The notes under the pieces are model-generated. The model made no database searches. It had not been told where the DNA came from and was given only the letters and a program-made list of their open reading frames with translations. Below are positions 32,926-44,236 of a stretch of 44,236 bases of DNA, piece after piece. Positions within the stretch are counted from its first letter, which is position 1, and every line of letters starts with the position of its first letter. The DNA comes from Tubiluchus corallicola (taxonomy: Eukaryota; Animalia; Priapulida), in assembly GCA_030141605.1 (NCBI GenBank), contig JAQGDQ010001365.1:1-44236 (forward strand), in the 5' to 3' direction. A program made the translations under genes and the position numbers.

Positions 32926-33263
32926 ATGTGTGTGACAAAGCATAGGCAGCAAATAACATGTAAACATTGACATGATTACTGTGAGGTATATATGTATAGT
33001 TTTCATCACTTCTCAGAACTACAGAGGAACACACGACGACTACCTTACCGAACTTACGAAACAAAAGGCTACCTAAGCATCTGCGACACATCGTAGGAAC
33101 TAAGAGCATAGCTGGGCCTATGTACAAGTAAGAGGAAGTTCGCATTGTCAGAGCGTGCGGCATGTTTTTGTTATTGCTTCGACGAATCTTGACCGCACGA
33201 AAAATCAAAATATCTGGTTATACATGAAATGATGTTTGCACAAAGTTTTAATGTGTTGCGGAC

Positions 33264-33787
33264 CAGTGGCGGCTCGTATATAAGTACTGTGGAACCGCAG
33301 CGCCCCCTATTTTCACTCAATATTATCGATAATATTCAATATAATAAATCTTTTTTCTTTAGTTCTTTCTTTATACTTGTACGGAACCAGAGCACGTGAG
33401 GGTAGTGCTGTTTGCTTCACAGCTCAAGCAACGTGGTACTTGGCTGTTGTGCGCATGCGCCCATGTTCACATGTCTGAGATGGGACGCTGTACTTTAGGT
33501 AGAAATAGTACTGTTGCTCACGCAGTGTGTTATCAGTTGTGACGCGTATCGGTAAATTCTTGAAATGCGACAATTTAAGCTACTCGTAAGAAAAAATATT
33601 TTGTTTAGGATTTTAACATGTTTATGTATAAATATTTTCATATGTTTGTTTGTTTAAAACTACAATTACAAATGACAACATTAAAATTATATTACACATG
33701 TTTGTTTCGTTTTACACAGCATTAAAACAATGGCTAAAAATTTTCTGAAGCAGCACCCCCAGTAATTTTAGCTACGAGCCGCCACTG
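33264..33787. mobile_element. hAT-type MITE
   Basis: Perfect 15-bp TIR CAGTGGCGGCTCGTA/TACGAGCCGCCACTG, with 8-bp flanks TTGCGGAC/TTGCAGAC. Confidence 0.85.
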
Positions 33788-35045
33788 TTGCAGACACGAT
33801 TAGGTTAGATTAACAACTGCACGAATGTCTACTGTACTGTCTACTATTGCACAACTGGTGTCCATAAGTGTGTTCATGCGTTCATTAATTACATCAAATA
33901 GGCCTAGCTATTAAGTTCTCAATATAGTACAAATAGTTGAAGAGATTAGCACGTAAACAGACTCAGTAACAAGTTTAGTTCTTAATTACCGCCCACTATT
34001 TACAAGATCAACAAAGCAAAAAAAATTTTCCTTACCAGACAAAGCAAGACGCCACATAGCGGTAGCTAAAACTACGTACAAAAACTTAGCAATACATTAA
34101 AAATACAAGCATTCAATTCATTAGTACAATTAGCAGAGTTTACACCGTACGAAGGACCGGTCAAAAATGAGCAACTGAAATTAAAAGCGTGCAGCATACA
34201 AAAATATATCTCCGCACCGTGTGTCCCGTAACGCCACGTGACTCCCAAATATATATTACAGTGGGTTAGGGGTGAACGGCGGGCGTAATAATATAGCTAG
34301 ACGTATGTACACTGTACAAAAGTCAATGCAAAGCTTGCGATTGTCCCACACATTCTAACCAGAACGAAATGGTGTTCAAAATTTAATTCCTGTTTCGTAG
34401 CAGAAAGGACAGAGCTTAACAAATGCAGAAGATTAGAACTTTTTCTGACTACAGATGGCGCAGCATTCGAACGTCACATGGCTAGTTAGGCACTACGCAT
34501 TTAGAAGCGAAAAGTCGAACAGGCAGTCGTAACGTAACTCAGAAAATAATCACCAAACGTGAATTACGATCACGGCTTCGAGCTCCCTGATGCATCACGT
34601 GCACTTTTTACAAATTATCCCTGAAAACGCAATAATTTTTTCTCCCTGATGTGTTCCTTGATTTAACTGTATACTTTTAAGCAGAAAAAATACTCAAATA
34701 ATGCTTAGCAACAACGAAGACGGTCAAATAAGAAGGCAGGACAGCAGAAATCAATAACTGCAATGCATTTCTTTGGTATTAGCATGACTAAACCACCAAA
34801 TCATTATTTGGTGAACAACACTTTATCAGTTAGGCTAACGTGTTTAGCATACGACGTGTCCCTCCACGTTCGAGGAAAGCATTTGGAATTCTTAGCTGTG
34901 GGATTTGGGGGGGGGGGTTGGGATTGCAGTCAAAATGACAAACTTTGATTGATGAGGTTTTCCCGAGGTCCTGTTTACAATTTTACTGTTTCGACGGGGT
35001 TTCGGTAGATGATTTCAATTTAGGTTCGACCTTTTTTAGTAAATA

Positions 35046-35340
35046 TGTGCTCGCATAGCAAAATCGTCGATATGTTGACAAGCTTTTTTTTAGTTATTTA
35101 AATTTCTCGAATCTCCATTTTATGAGGATCATTTTGATACCAAGCTCATTGCTCTATGTTATTTCTGAGCTAAGATAATCCACGTTGAAGGTACTGATAT
35201 TAGAACATAAAAGTCCAATTAATTTAGCTTTTGTTTTTATAAAAACCAAAAAATTGACATTTCAGCAAATTTTTTGTGCATTCTACTTTGAAACATCATA
35301 ACTATGCTGACTTATGGACTGTTTTGGTTTGCAAGCACAC
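35046..35340. repeat. Internally deleted copy of the dispersed repeat at 37720-38332 and 41392-42045
   Basis: Shares ATCATTTTGATACCAAG.TCAT..CTCTATGTTATTTC...GATAATCCACGTTGAAG and GACTTATGGAC.GTTTTGGTTTGCAAGCACAC. Confidence 0.75.
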
Positions 35341-35531
35341 GTATAATTTTGGATCTTAAGCTGGTAAGACAGTCTTAGATCGTATGCACTATGGGCTGAA
35401 GATTTTACCAATTAACAGTAGAAACGAAATGTCAGATTACTGTAGATGAACCACAAAAAGGAAAAGCAAAAAGATTCACTAGGTCAGTCGTGTGAAGTTG
35501 CATGTAGTTGCTCATTCTAGACTAAATAATT

Positions 35532-36618
35532 GTAAATAGTTGAAGCACAGCCGCGAACTGACCTCAAGGATTCTAGGACCAATTCTTGACCAAATCGAGT
35601 CGTAAAGAGGACCACAGTTTCTTCTGTCTTGCATTTAGTGTCGAGGAAAGAGATCTGTAGCTCTAAACTGTACACAATTAAAATGCGGACCAAATTGAGT
35701 CGTAAAGAGGACCACAGTTTCTTCTCTCTTGCATTTAGTGTCGAGGAAAGAGATCTGTAGCTCTAAACTGTACACAGTAAATAGTTGAAGCACAGCTGCG
35801 AACTGACCTCAAGGATTCTAGGACAAATTCTTGACCAAATCGAGTCGTAAAGAGGACCAAAGTTTCTTCTCTCTTGCATTTAGTGTCGAGGAAAGAGATC
35901 TGTAGCTCTAAACTGTACACAATTAAAATGCGGACCAAATTGAGTCGTAAAGAGGACCACAGTTTCTTCTCTCTTGCATTTAGTGTCGAGGAAAGAGATC
36001 TGTAGCTCTAAACTGTACACAGTAAATAGTTGAAGCACAGCTGCGAACTGACCTCAAGGATTCTAGGACCAATTCTTGACCAAATTGAGTCGTAAAGAGG
36101 ACCACAGTTTCTTCTCTCTTGCATTTAGTGTCGAGGAAAGAGACCTGTAGCTCTAAACTGTACACAATTAAAATGCGGACCAAATTGAGTCGTAAAGAGG
36201 ACCACAGTTTCTTCTCTCTTGCATTTAGTGTCGAGGAAAGAGATCTGTAGCTCTAAACTGTACACAGTAAATAGTTGAAGCACAGCTGCGAACTGACCTC
36301 AAGGATTCTAGGACCAATTCTTGACCAAATTGAGTCGTAAAGAGGACCACAGTTTCTTCTCTCTTGCATTTAGTGTCGAGGAAAGAGACCTGTAGCTCTA
36401 AACTGTACACAATTAAAATGCGGACCAAATTGAGTCGTAAAGAGGACCACAGTTTCTTCTCTCTTGCATTTAGTGTCGAGGAAAGAGATCTGTAGCTCTA
36501 AACTGTAGACAATTAAAATGCGGACCAAATCGAGTCATAAAGAGGACCACAGTTTCTTCTCTCTTGCATTTAGCGTCGAGGAAAGAGACCTGTATCTCTA
36601 AACTGTAGACAATTAAAA
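35532..36618. repeat. 245-bp higher-order array (alternating ~100- and ~145-bp subunits)
   Basis: A shared core GACCAAATTGAGTCGTAAAGAGGACC...CTCTAAACTGTACACA is followed alternately by ATTAAAATGCG or GTAAATAGTTGAAGC...CAATTCTT. ORFs repeat every 245 bp. Confidence 0.95.
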
Positions 36619-36851
36619 CACGTAAAAAAAACAACAATTATTAATATGATGAGGTAAACTCGTTCCCCTTCAAAAGGTGTTCACACCAACAGCACAGCAA
36701 ATAAATGCATAAAATCATACAGTTTCTACATAGCAAACGATTATTGGCTACATAATTTACGCCTCGTTACACGTTAAAATTCCTATTTACAAGTTGTACT
36801 TTTTTACAATAAAATTGTGTACGATACTTTACAAGTACGATAATGACAATA

Positions 36852-37290
36852 TATGTTTTACATGTCAAATGTAGACCTACGTTAACTCAAATGTAGATTT
36901 AGGTAATTCAAATGTGTCTTGGTAACTCAAATGTAAACTTAGGTAGTTCAAATGTGTTAACAATGGTTTTCAAGAAATCTTGAGCGTTTTTGGTAAGTCA
37001 AATGTAGACACATGTCAAGTCAAATGTGACATAGGTACCTCAAATGTGGACAGGTGGTAAAGTTTAAGGATGTTAAATTTAATCTCCTTTAATTTTAATT
37101 TAATAATTGCTCCTAAGTTAAAATAACAACGTTATAGGCCTACTAATAGATGCACTATCTTTGGTTTATCTTTTTCTAATTTGCACTTAAATAACTTAAT
37201 TACCGATTTATTCAAAGTAATGCATCTACATTTGACTTACCTAAGTCACATTTGAACTTTCCTGTGTCTACATTTGACGTGTAAAACCTA
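36852..37290. mobile_element. Foldback-type element with repeated TCAAATGT subterminal motif
   Basis: TATGTTTTACATGTCAAATGTAGAC ... GTCTACATTTGACGTGTAAAACCTA. The motif repeats on the left and is inverted on the right. Confidence 0.65.
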
Positions 37291-37719
37291 TACTACCATA
37301 GTAAGCTGAACACCGAACAAAGGTCTTAATTACTACAATTTATACCAAAAAGGGCGCTCTCAACTAGACTCTACTGTTTCACACGGAGCGGTGCAGTCTT
37401 CACGTCGCTTATTCGAAGTTACCTGAGCCTTCTCTTGTAAATTCTTTTCAATACGGCAAGCTTCTGTGTAACAGCTACATTTAAAAACTTAGGGAAAGGT
37501 TTCGTGAAATGTGGGAGATATAAACTTGTTTAAATTGTTATGGTTTTTACATAAAAACGGCACAGTTTGAGTCCGGCTGCTAAACGATTATCTAACAATA
37601 AAAGCAGCGTTTGTCCACCGGTACGCTGAGAACACTGCTGAGCTCTTGCATTACGTACCGGAAGTGACCATCAGGTGCACAATAGACGATAACACAGACT
37701 ACTTTCGCGTTACTAATTG

Positions 37720-38332
37720 TGTGCTTGCATAGCAAAATCGTCCATAAGTCGGCCATTAAGCTTTTCTAGTTATTCACATATCTGCATTTCATGAGGATCA
37801 TTTTGATACCAAGTTCATCACTCTATCTTATTTCTAAGCTGAGATAATCCACGTTGAAGTTGAGGTGCAGGCTGCATATTGAAAAACTTAATCTTGAGAA
37901 AATCACTGTTAAAGTCAGCCATTGTTTTTTGTCGCGTTTCTGCAAAATGCTTAGCAACCGTATGAAAGTTGGCTGCTATGGACTTTGCAAGAACAAATTG
38001 AAGTTACATTTAAATCCAGTAGATGGCTCTTCCTGATGAAGCAAAATGACCGCTTTCAAGAGCTACAATCGCTGTTAGAAAATACAAGTTTTTTTACAAT
38101 TGCAGTACTAGATTATAGACACAAAAGTGGGAAAGGAGTATTAAAATTAAATTTTTAGTATTTTTTGGACATTTTCCTCACAATTTGATGCTAGAATATA
38201 ATTAGCATTTGTTTTCATAAAAAATAAAAAATTGACATTTGATCAAATTTTTGGTGCATTCTACTTTTGAAGCATCATAACGTAGTTTTGACTATGCCGA
38301 CTTATGGACGGTTTTGGTTTGCAAGCACACAA
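37720..38332. repeat. ~620-bp dispersed repeat (likely DNA-transposon remnant)
   Basis: Direct copy at 41392-42045. The short ORFs 37854..38036 and 41536..41721 are near-identical. Confidence 0.85.
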
Positions 38333-38638
38333 TTAAGTTTGTGCGGTTTTTCCTTCATATACATTTGCTTCATGTTTTTCCATTTTGCTCAGTACTGTTA
38401 CCGATACCAATTTCTCTCAGCCGGCCGACCGCTTCAGCAAACAGTTTTTGATTCATTTTTCCTCTACTGTTTAAAACGTTAATTACGTTGTCCAGATCTT
38501 GCAAAATGCCCCCCCCAGTTTTTTTCTTCCTTGTTTTCCAACTGCTGACATGTTTGAACATTCGGGTGATTTAGCACGTTTTGGCAGTTTTGCAGCATTT
38601 TAGGTAGCGCTGAGCAAAATTTTTGGCGCAAATTTACT

Positions 38639-41031
38639 CTAATGAACATCCCGGTTGTCTAGTGCAGAGTGACGCCAACCTGTTTAACACCTGGCTGAAC
38701 GGGGCAAGCCTGTTCCGAAGTCGACTTCCCTACCCTAATGAACATCCTGGTTGTCTAGTGCAGAGTGACGCCAACCTGTTTAACAGCTGGCTGAATAGGC
38801 CAAGCCTGTTCCGAAGTCGACTTCCCTACCCTAATGAACATCCCGGTTGTCTAGTGCAGAGTGACGCCAACCTGTTTAACACCTGGCTGAACGGGGCAAG
38901 CCTGTTCCGAAGTCGACTTCCCTACACTAATGAACATCCCGGTTGTCTAGTGCAGAGTGACGTCAACCTGTTTAACACCTGGCTGAACGAGGCAAGCCTG
39001 TTCCGAAGTCGACTTCCCTACCCTAATGAACATCCTGGTTGTCTAGTGCAGAGTGACGCCAACCTGTTTAACAGCTGGCTGAATAGGCCAAGCCTGTTCC
39101 GAAGTCGACTTCCCTACCCTAATGAACATCCCGGTTGTCTAGTGCAGAGTGACGCCAACCTGTTTAACACCTGGCTGAACGGGGCAAGCCTGTTCCGAAG
39201 TCGACTTCCCTACACTAATGAACATCCTGGTTGTCTAGTGCAGAGTGACGCCAACCTGTTTAACACCTGGCTGAATAGGCCAAGCCTGTTCCGAAGTCGA
39301 CTTCCCTACCCTAATGAACATCCCGGTTGTCTAGTGCAGAGTGACGCCAACCTGTTTAACACCTGGCTGAACGGGGCAAGCCTGTTCCGAAGTCGACTTC
39401 CCTACCCTAATGAACATCCCGGTTGTCTAGTGCAGAGTGACGCCAACCTGTTTAACACCTGGCTGAACGAGGCAAGCCTGTTCCGAAGTCGACTTCCCTA
39501 CCCTAATGAACATCCTGGTTGTCTAGTGCAGAGTGACGCCAACCTGTTTAACACCTGGCTGAATAGGCCAAGCCTGTTCCGAAGTCGACTTCCCTACCCT
39601 AATGAACATCCCGGTTGTCTAGTGCAGAGTGACGCCAACCTGTTTAACACCTGGCTGAATGGCGCAAGCCTGTTCCGAAGTCGACTTCCCTACCCTAATG
39701 AACATCCCGGTTGTCTAGTGCAGAGTAACTCCAACCTGTTTAACACCTGGCTGAATAGGCCAAGCCTGTTCCGAAGTCTACTTCCCTACCCTAATGAACA
39801 TCCTGGTTGTCTAGTGCAGAGTGACTCTAACCTGTTTAACACCCGGCTGAATAGGCCAAGCCTGTTCCGAAGTCGACTTCCCTACCCTAATGAACATCCT
39901 GGTTGTCTAGTGCAGAGTGACGCCAACCTGTTTAACACCTGGCTGAATAGGCCAAGCCTGTTCCGAAGTCTACTTCCCTACCCTAATGAACATCCTGGTT
40001 GTCTAGTGCAGAGTGACTCTAACCTGTTTAACACCCGGCTGAATAGGCCAAGCCTGTTCCGAAGTCGACTTCCCTACCCTAATGAACATCCTGGTTGTCT
40101 AGTGCAGAGTGACGCCAACCTGTTTAACACCTGGCTGAATGGGGCAAGCCTGTTCCGAAGTCGACCTCCCTACCCTAATGAACATCCCGGTTGTCTAGTG
40201 CAGAGTGACGCCAACCTGTTTAACACCTGGCTGAATGGGGCAAGCCTGTTCCGAAGTCGACTTCCCTACCCTAATGAACATCCCGGTTGTCTAGTGCAGA
40301 GTGACGCCAACCTGTTTAACACCTGGCTGAACGGGGCAAGCCTGTTCCGAAGTCGACTTCCCTACCCTAATGAACATCCCGGTTGTCTAGTGCAGAGTGA
40401 CGCCAACCTGTTTAACACCTGGCTGAATGGGGCAAGCCTGTTCCGAAGTCGACTTCCCTACCCTAATGAACATCCCGGTTGTCTAGTGCAGAGTGACGCC
40501 AACCTGTTTAACACCTGGCTGAATGGGGCAAGCCTGTTCCGAAGTCGACTTCCCTACCCTAATGAACATCCCGGTTGTCTAGTGCAGAGTGACGCCAACT
40601 GTTTAACACCTGGCTGAACGGGGCAAGCCTGTTCCGAAGTCGACTTCCCTACCTAATGAACATCCCGGTTGTCTAGTGCAGGTGACGTCAACCTGTTTAA
40701 CACCTGGCTGAACGGGGCAAGCCTGTTCCGAAGTCGACTTCCCTACCCTAATGAACATCCTGGTTGTCTAGTGCAGAGTGACGCCAACCTGTTTAACAGC
40801 TGGCTGAATAGGCCAAGCCTGTTCCGAAGTCGACTTCCCTACCCTAATGAACATCCCGGTTGTCTAGTGCAGAGTGACGCCAACCTGTTTAACACCTGGC
40901 TGAATAGGCCAAGCCTGTTCCGAAGTCGACTTCCCTACCCTAATGAACATCCCGGTTGTCTAGTGCAGAGTGACGCCAACCTGTTTAACACCTGCCTGAA
41001 TGGGACAAGCCTGTTCCGAAGTTTACTTCCC
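38639..41031. repeat. 96-bp GC-richer tandem array, ~25 copies
   Basis: Unit CCTAATGAACATCCCGGTTGTCTAGTGCAGAGTGACGCCAACCTGTTTAACACCTGGCTGAACGGGGCAAGCCTGTTCCGAAGTCGACTTCCCTAC. Confidence 0.97.
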
Positions 41032-41391
41032 GCAATCGTTGTTAATTAGGCGTCACATATTTCGCACAATAGCGGGACTTGCATATAGATCTACGTTTTC
41101 ATGTAAAAGCCATATAAAAAGAAATGCAACAGCTTCTGAGATGATATAATCATACAAAGATACCGTAAGTTTGACTGCTGCAGGTTTTGATAAACTGCAA
41201 TGATGAGGTTTACAATAATGTCAAAATGGTTCATCATAAACCCCTGTAAGCAGGTAGAAAAAATACCAGTCTTGTTAAAATCACCGGGTTTCACCAACAC
41301 CAGTTGCTCTGCAGAATAAGCAGAATTAAGCCATAGAAGTAATTATAAATCAGATAGTGTTTACTTTTAACAGAGTTCTGGACAATAATGT

Positions 41392-42045
41392 CTGCTTGCA
41401 CAGCAAAATCGTTCATAAGTCGGCAATTAAGTTTTTCTAGTTGTTCACATAATCATGCTGAATCTCCATTTCATGAGAATCATTTTGATACCAAGTTCAT
41501 CACTCTATGTTATTTATAAGCTGAGATAATCCACGTTGAAGTTGAGGTGCAGGCTGCACAGTGGAAAACATAATCTTGAGAAAATCATTGTTAAAGTCAG
41601 CCATTGTTTTTTGTCGCATCTCTACAAAACACTTAGCAACCGCACAAATGTTGGTTGCTATGGACTTCGCAAACTGAACAAACTGAAGTTATGTTTAAAT
41701 CCAGTAGATGGCTCTTCCTGATGAAGATCTGAGCTTTGCAACAGGAATAACCAGAAGCAAAATGGCTGCTTCCACGAGCTACTGTTGAAATTTGAAAATA
41801 CAAGTTTTTTACAATTGCAGTACTAGTTTCTAGCCAGAGTACGGGGTTATAAAATTAAAGTTTTAGTATTTTTTGAACATTTTCTTGATAATTTGATGCT
41901 AGAATATTAAAGACCATTATATTTAGTTTTTACAAAAAACGAAAAATTGACATTTGACCAAATTTTTGATTCATTCTACTTTGAAGCATAATAACATAGT
42001 TTTAACTATGCCAACTTATGGACGGTCTTGGTTTGCAAGCACACA
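41392..42045. repeat. ~650-bp dispersed repeat, second copy
   Basis: Colinear with 37720-38332. Confidence 0.85.
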
Positions 42046-42716
42046 TATATGTACTCGATTTCCAGGCAGTTCTGCATTCAATTCATTCATATATTCATTC
42101 AAAGATTTCCCATATTGTCCCCCATTTCTACGTGTCACATATATAGAAATATATATTAGACGAATCAGTTGGAAAATGTCCGACAAGCCAATACAAATCA
42201 ATTTTTTTTAATAGCAACAAACTGTGTACTATTAGCAATCACAGTCCAAATTAAGCTTAAAAACTGCTCCCTAATATACACACGCAGGTACGTACTAAGC
42301 AAATGCCAACACAAAGTGTAAAATCTTTCGTGCGAAGCTGAAAAGACAGAAAGAGTTAGCGGCACAGTAGCGACGGCATCATTTTCTTTTGTTAGTAACG
42401 AGATTATGAGGTAGCGGTTAATTAAATTACTGTTGAGGTCAATTATTGTAGAGGTAAGGTGTGATAAACTGTTTAACGATGCCTACAGCTACGTGATATA
42501 CACATGAGGTATTCTCGTTAAGATAGGTAGTAAACTACACAGAACTATGTTAGTAATTCACAATGTAATAAAGATTTCCACTCTTTGGTTACTTCCGTTC
42601 CTTACACAGTTCATAAATTACACACACAAATTACATAATTGTATCATCATTATTATTATTTTTCTACGACTATGAGGTACATTATGGCAACGTATCTATC
42701 TGACCTGGGACCCCAT

Positions 42717-42919
42717 CTAGTCTTGACCGTCAGGCGACAAACCGTGAGCCCTCGGCGGCGGAGACTTGCCCGGTGACAGCGCCGCCTCGCCGGGTAGATG
42801 ATAAAGAGGTTTCAGTTTTTTTATGGTGTTTTTCAGCGCCTGCCGTTTGTTGCAGAACCACACACGCACCACCTCGCGGTCGTAGTTGAGCCGGTCCGAC
42901 AGATCCGTCATTTCTTGAC
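42717..42919 (-). CDS. POU6: Class VI POU homeobox gene, canonical terminal exon (homeodomain helices 2-3 and C-terminus)
   Basis: Acceptor CCCTTTCAG|GTCAAGAAATG. GQEMTDLSDRLNYDREVVRVWFCNKRQALKNTIKKLK closely matches POU6F2/pdm3 as I recall them, and Cys50 is the POU hallmark. Upstream exons lie beyond the right edge. Confidence 0.9.
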
Positions 42920-43110
42920 CTGAAAGGGATAGAAACCCTCTTGAGTGGCTCGCACGATCGGCAGCCGCCCGATCGGTGGCGGTGAAATGCTGGGTCGTTT
43001 GTCAAGACGTGGCGTGCAGGCCTTAAGCGCCTGCCGCTTGTTGCAGAACCAGATGCGTACGACCTCGCGATTGTAGTTTAGTATCTGTGACAGCTCGGTC
43101 ATTTCTTGGC
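42908..43110 (-). CDS. POU6: POU6 duplicated, putative alternative terminal exon
   Basis: Acceptor GTTTTGGCAG|GCCAAGAAATG in the same phase. GQEMTELSQILNYNREVVRIWFCNKRQALK is followed by a different tail ending VKK* just inside the canonical exon. Confidence 0.75.
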
Positions 43111-43456
43111 CTGCCAAAACAGAGACGGCCAATCAGAACGTTGCAGGTTTAGTAGTTGCTCGTTAGGGTGAGGCACTGAACCATTAGTGTGAAATCAACC
43201 AGGGATATGGAGACGAAAGTTTGTGAAAATTGCCTCGATAATATTATTACGTTACACAAAACAGAATCACTAAAGTGTAATGTGGTCATTTCTTGGCCCG
43301 CCAAAAGAGAGACGACCAATCAGAATGTTGCAGGTTTAGTACATGTTCATTACAGCGAGGCACTGAACCATTAGTGTGAAATCAGTCAGGGATATTGAGA
43401 CGAAAGTTTGAGAAAATTGCCTCGATAATATTATTACGTTACACAAAACAGAATCC
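43097..43456. repeat. 187-bp tandem duplication spanning the POU6 acceptor
   Basis: 43097-43269 is repeated at 43284-43456. In the second copy the minus-strand CAG is CGG. Confidence 0.85.
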
Positions 43457-43614
43457 ATAAGCTGCAATGCTGTCACTTTTTAGCCAAAAATTTTGGTCTA
43501 ATAGGAGCATTTTATTGTGACGCTCAAAGCGAAACAGTTTCTTTTGAAGGAAGGAATCTTCCCTTGCAAATTCATTTCTTTTGGGACATTTCACTCTCTT
43601 AAATTACAAGTAAG

Positions 43615-44236
43615 TCCTCACTTAACGACTCCAACTTTAGCAATGTATTGTCTGAACAAGGCTAAACATTTGACACATTTTCCTCACTTAACGATGATTT
43701 CTTTCCTCACTTAGTGACCCCAGCTTTAGCAATGTTTTGTCTGAACAATGCTAAACATGTGACACATTTTTCTCACTTAACGACGCTGGTTTCATTTTAA
43801 CGACGATTTCTTTCCTCACTTAGTGACCCCAGCTTTAGCAATGTTTTGTCTGAACAACGCTAAACATTTGACACACATTTCTCACTTAACGACGCTGGTT
43901 TCATTTTAACGACAATTTTTTTCCTCAATGACTACAACTTTAGCAATGTTTTGTCTGAACAACTCTGAACATTTGACACACATTTCTCACTTAACGACGC
44001 TGGTTTCATTTTAACGACAATTTTTTTCCTCAATGACTACAACTTTAGCAATGTTTTGTCTGAACAACTCTGAACATTTGACACACATTTCTCACTTAAC
44101 GACGCTGGTTTCATTTTAACGACAATTTTTTTCCTCAATGACTACAACTTTAGCAATGTTTTGTCTGAACAACTCTGAACATTTGACACACATTTCTCAC
44201 TTAACGACGCTGGTTTCATTTTAACGACAATTTTTT
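43615..44236. repeat. ~105-bp tandem array in the POU6 intron, running off the window
   Basis: CTTAACGACGCTGGTTTCATTTTAACGAC...CTTTAGCAATGTTTTGTCTGAACAA...CATTTGACACACATTTCTCA recurs at 43990, 44095 and 44200. Confidence 0.92.

Noticed and set aside
7079-37290. Autonomous transposon
   Set aside because: No transposase or reverse transcriptase ORF was seen. All elements appear non-autonomous.
38623-40617. 664-aa ORF as a protein-coding gene
   Set aside because: It is explained by a 96-bp unit lacking a stop in one frame, has a TTG start only, and has an upstream in-frame stop. Kept only as a low-interest finding.
35532-41031. Hammerhead ribozyme or retrozyme in the 245-bp or 96-bp arrays
   Set aside because: I found no CTGANGA plus GAAA core with flanking stems on either strand. 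CTAATGA in the 96-bp unit has no GAAA partner.
2513-44236. Tandem arrays as CRISPR-like arrays
   Set aside because: Units are repeated whole with no unique spacers, there are no cas genes, and the context is eukaryotic.

Overview
AT-rich, intron-containing animal (probably invertebrate) genomic DNA. It is not prokaryotic, and I found no CRISPR or operon-type system. Three genes are recognisable: an SMCR8 homologue with an uninterrupted 775-aa ORF (+, 10918-13245), a six-exon core-1 beta-1,3-galactosyltransferase/T-synthase (C1GALT1-like, +, 20402-28106, 370 aa as spliced by hand), and the 3' end of a class VI POU homeobox gene (-, 42717-43110). The rest is a dense mosaic of MITEs (Tc1/pogo-, hAT- and TTAA/Kolobok-type ends), a tRNA-derived SINE, a 5S-rRNA-derived SINE with a target-site duplication, about a dozen 40-245 bp tandem arrays, and an inverted duplication with arms of at least 2.5 kb. 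The main observations are: (1) the last C1GALT1 splice acceptor plus 13 codons is amplified into 15 tandem copies, and every upstream copy runs into a stop; (2) the POU6 gene has two tandem, same-phase terminal exons, each encoding a homeodomain recognition helix (I47 vs V47), plus a third acceptor copy with its AG lost; (3) the 5S SINE is nested in a MITE whose empty copy is also in the window. All coordinates were counted by eye and may be off by a few bases. Family names come from recalled motifs, not database searches.
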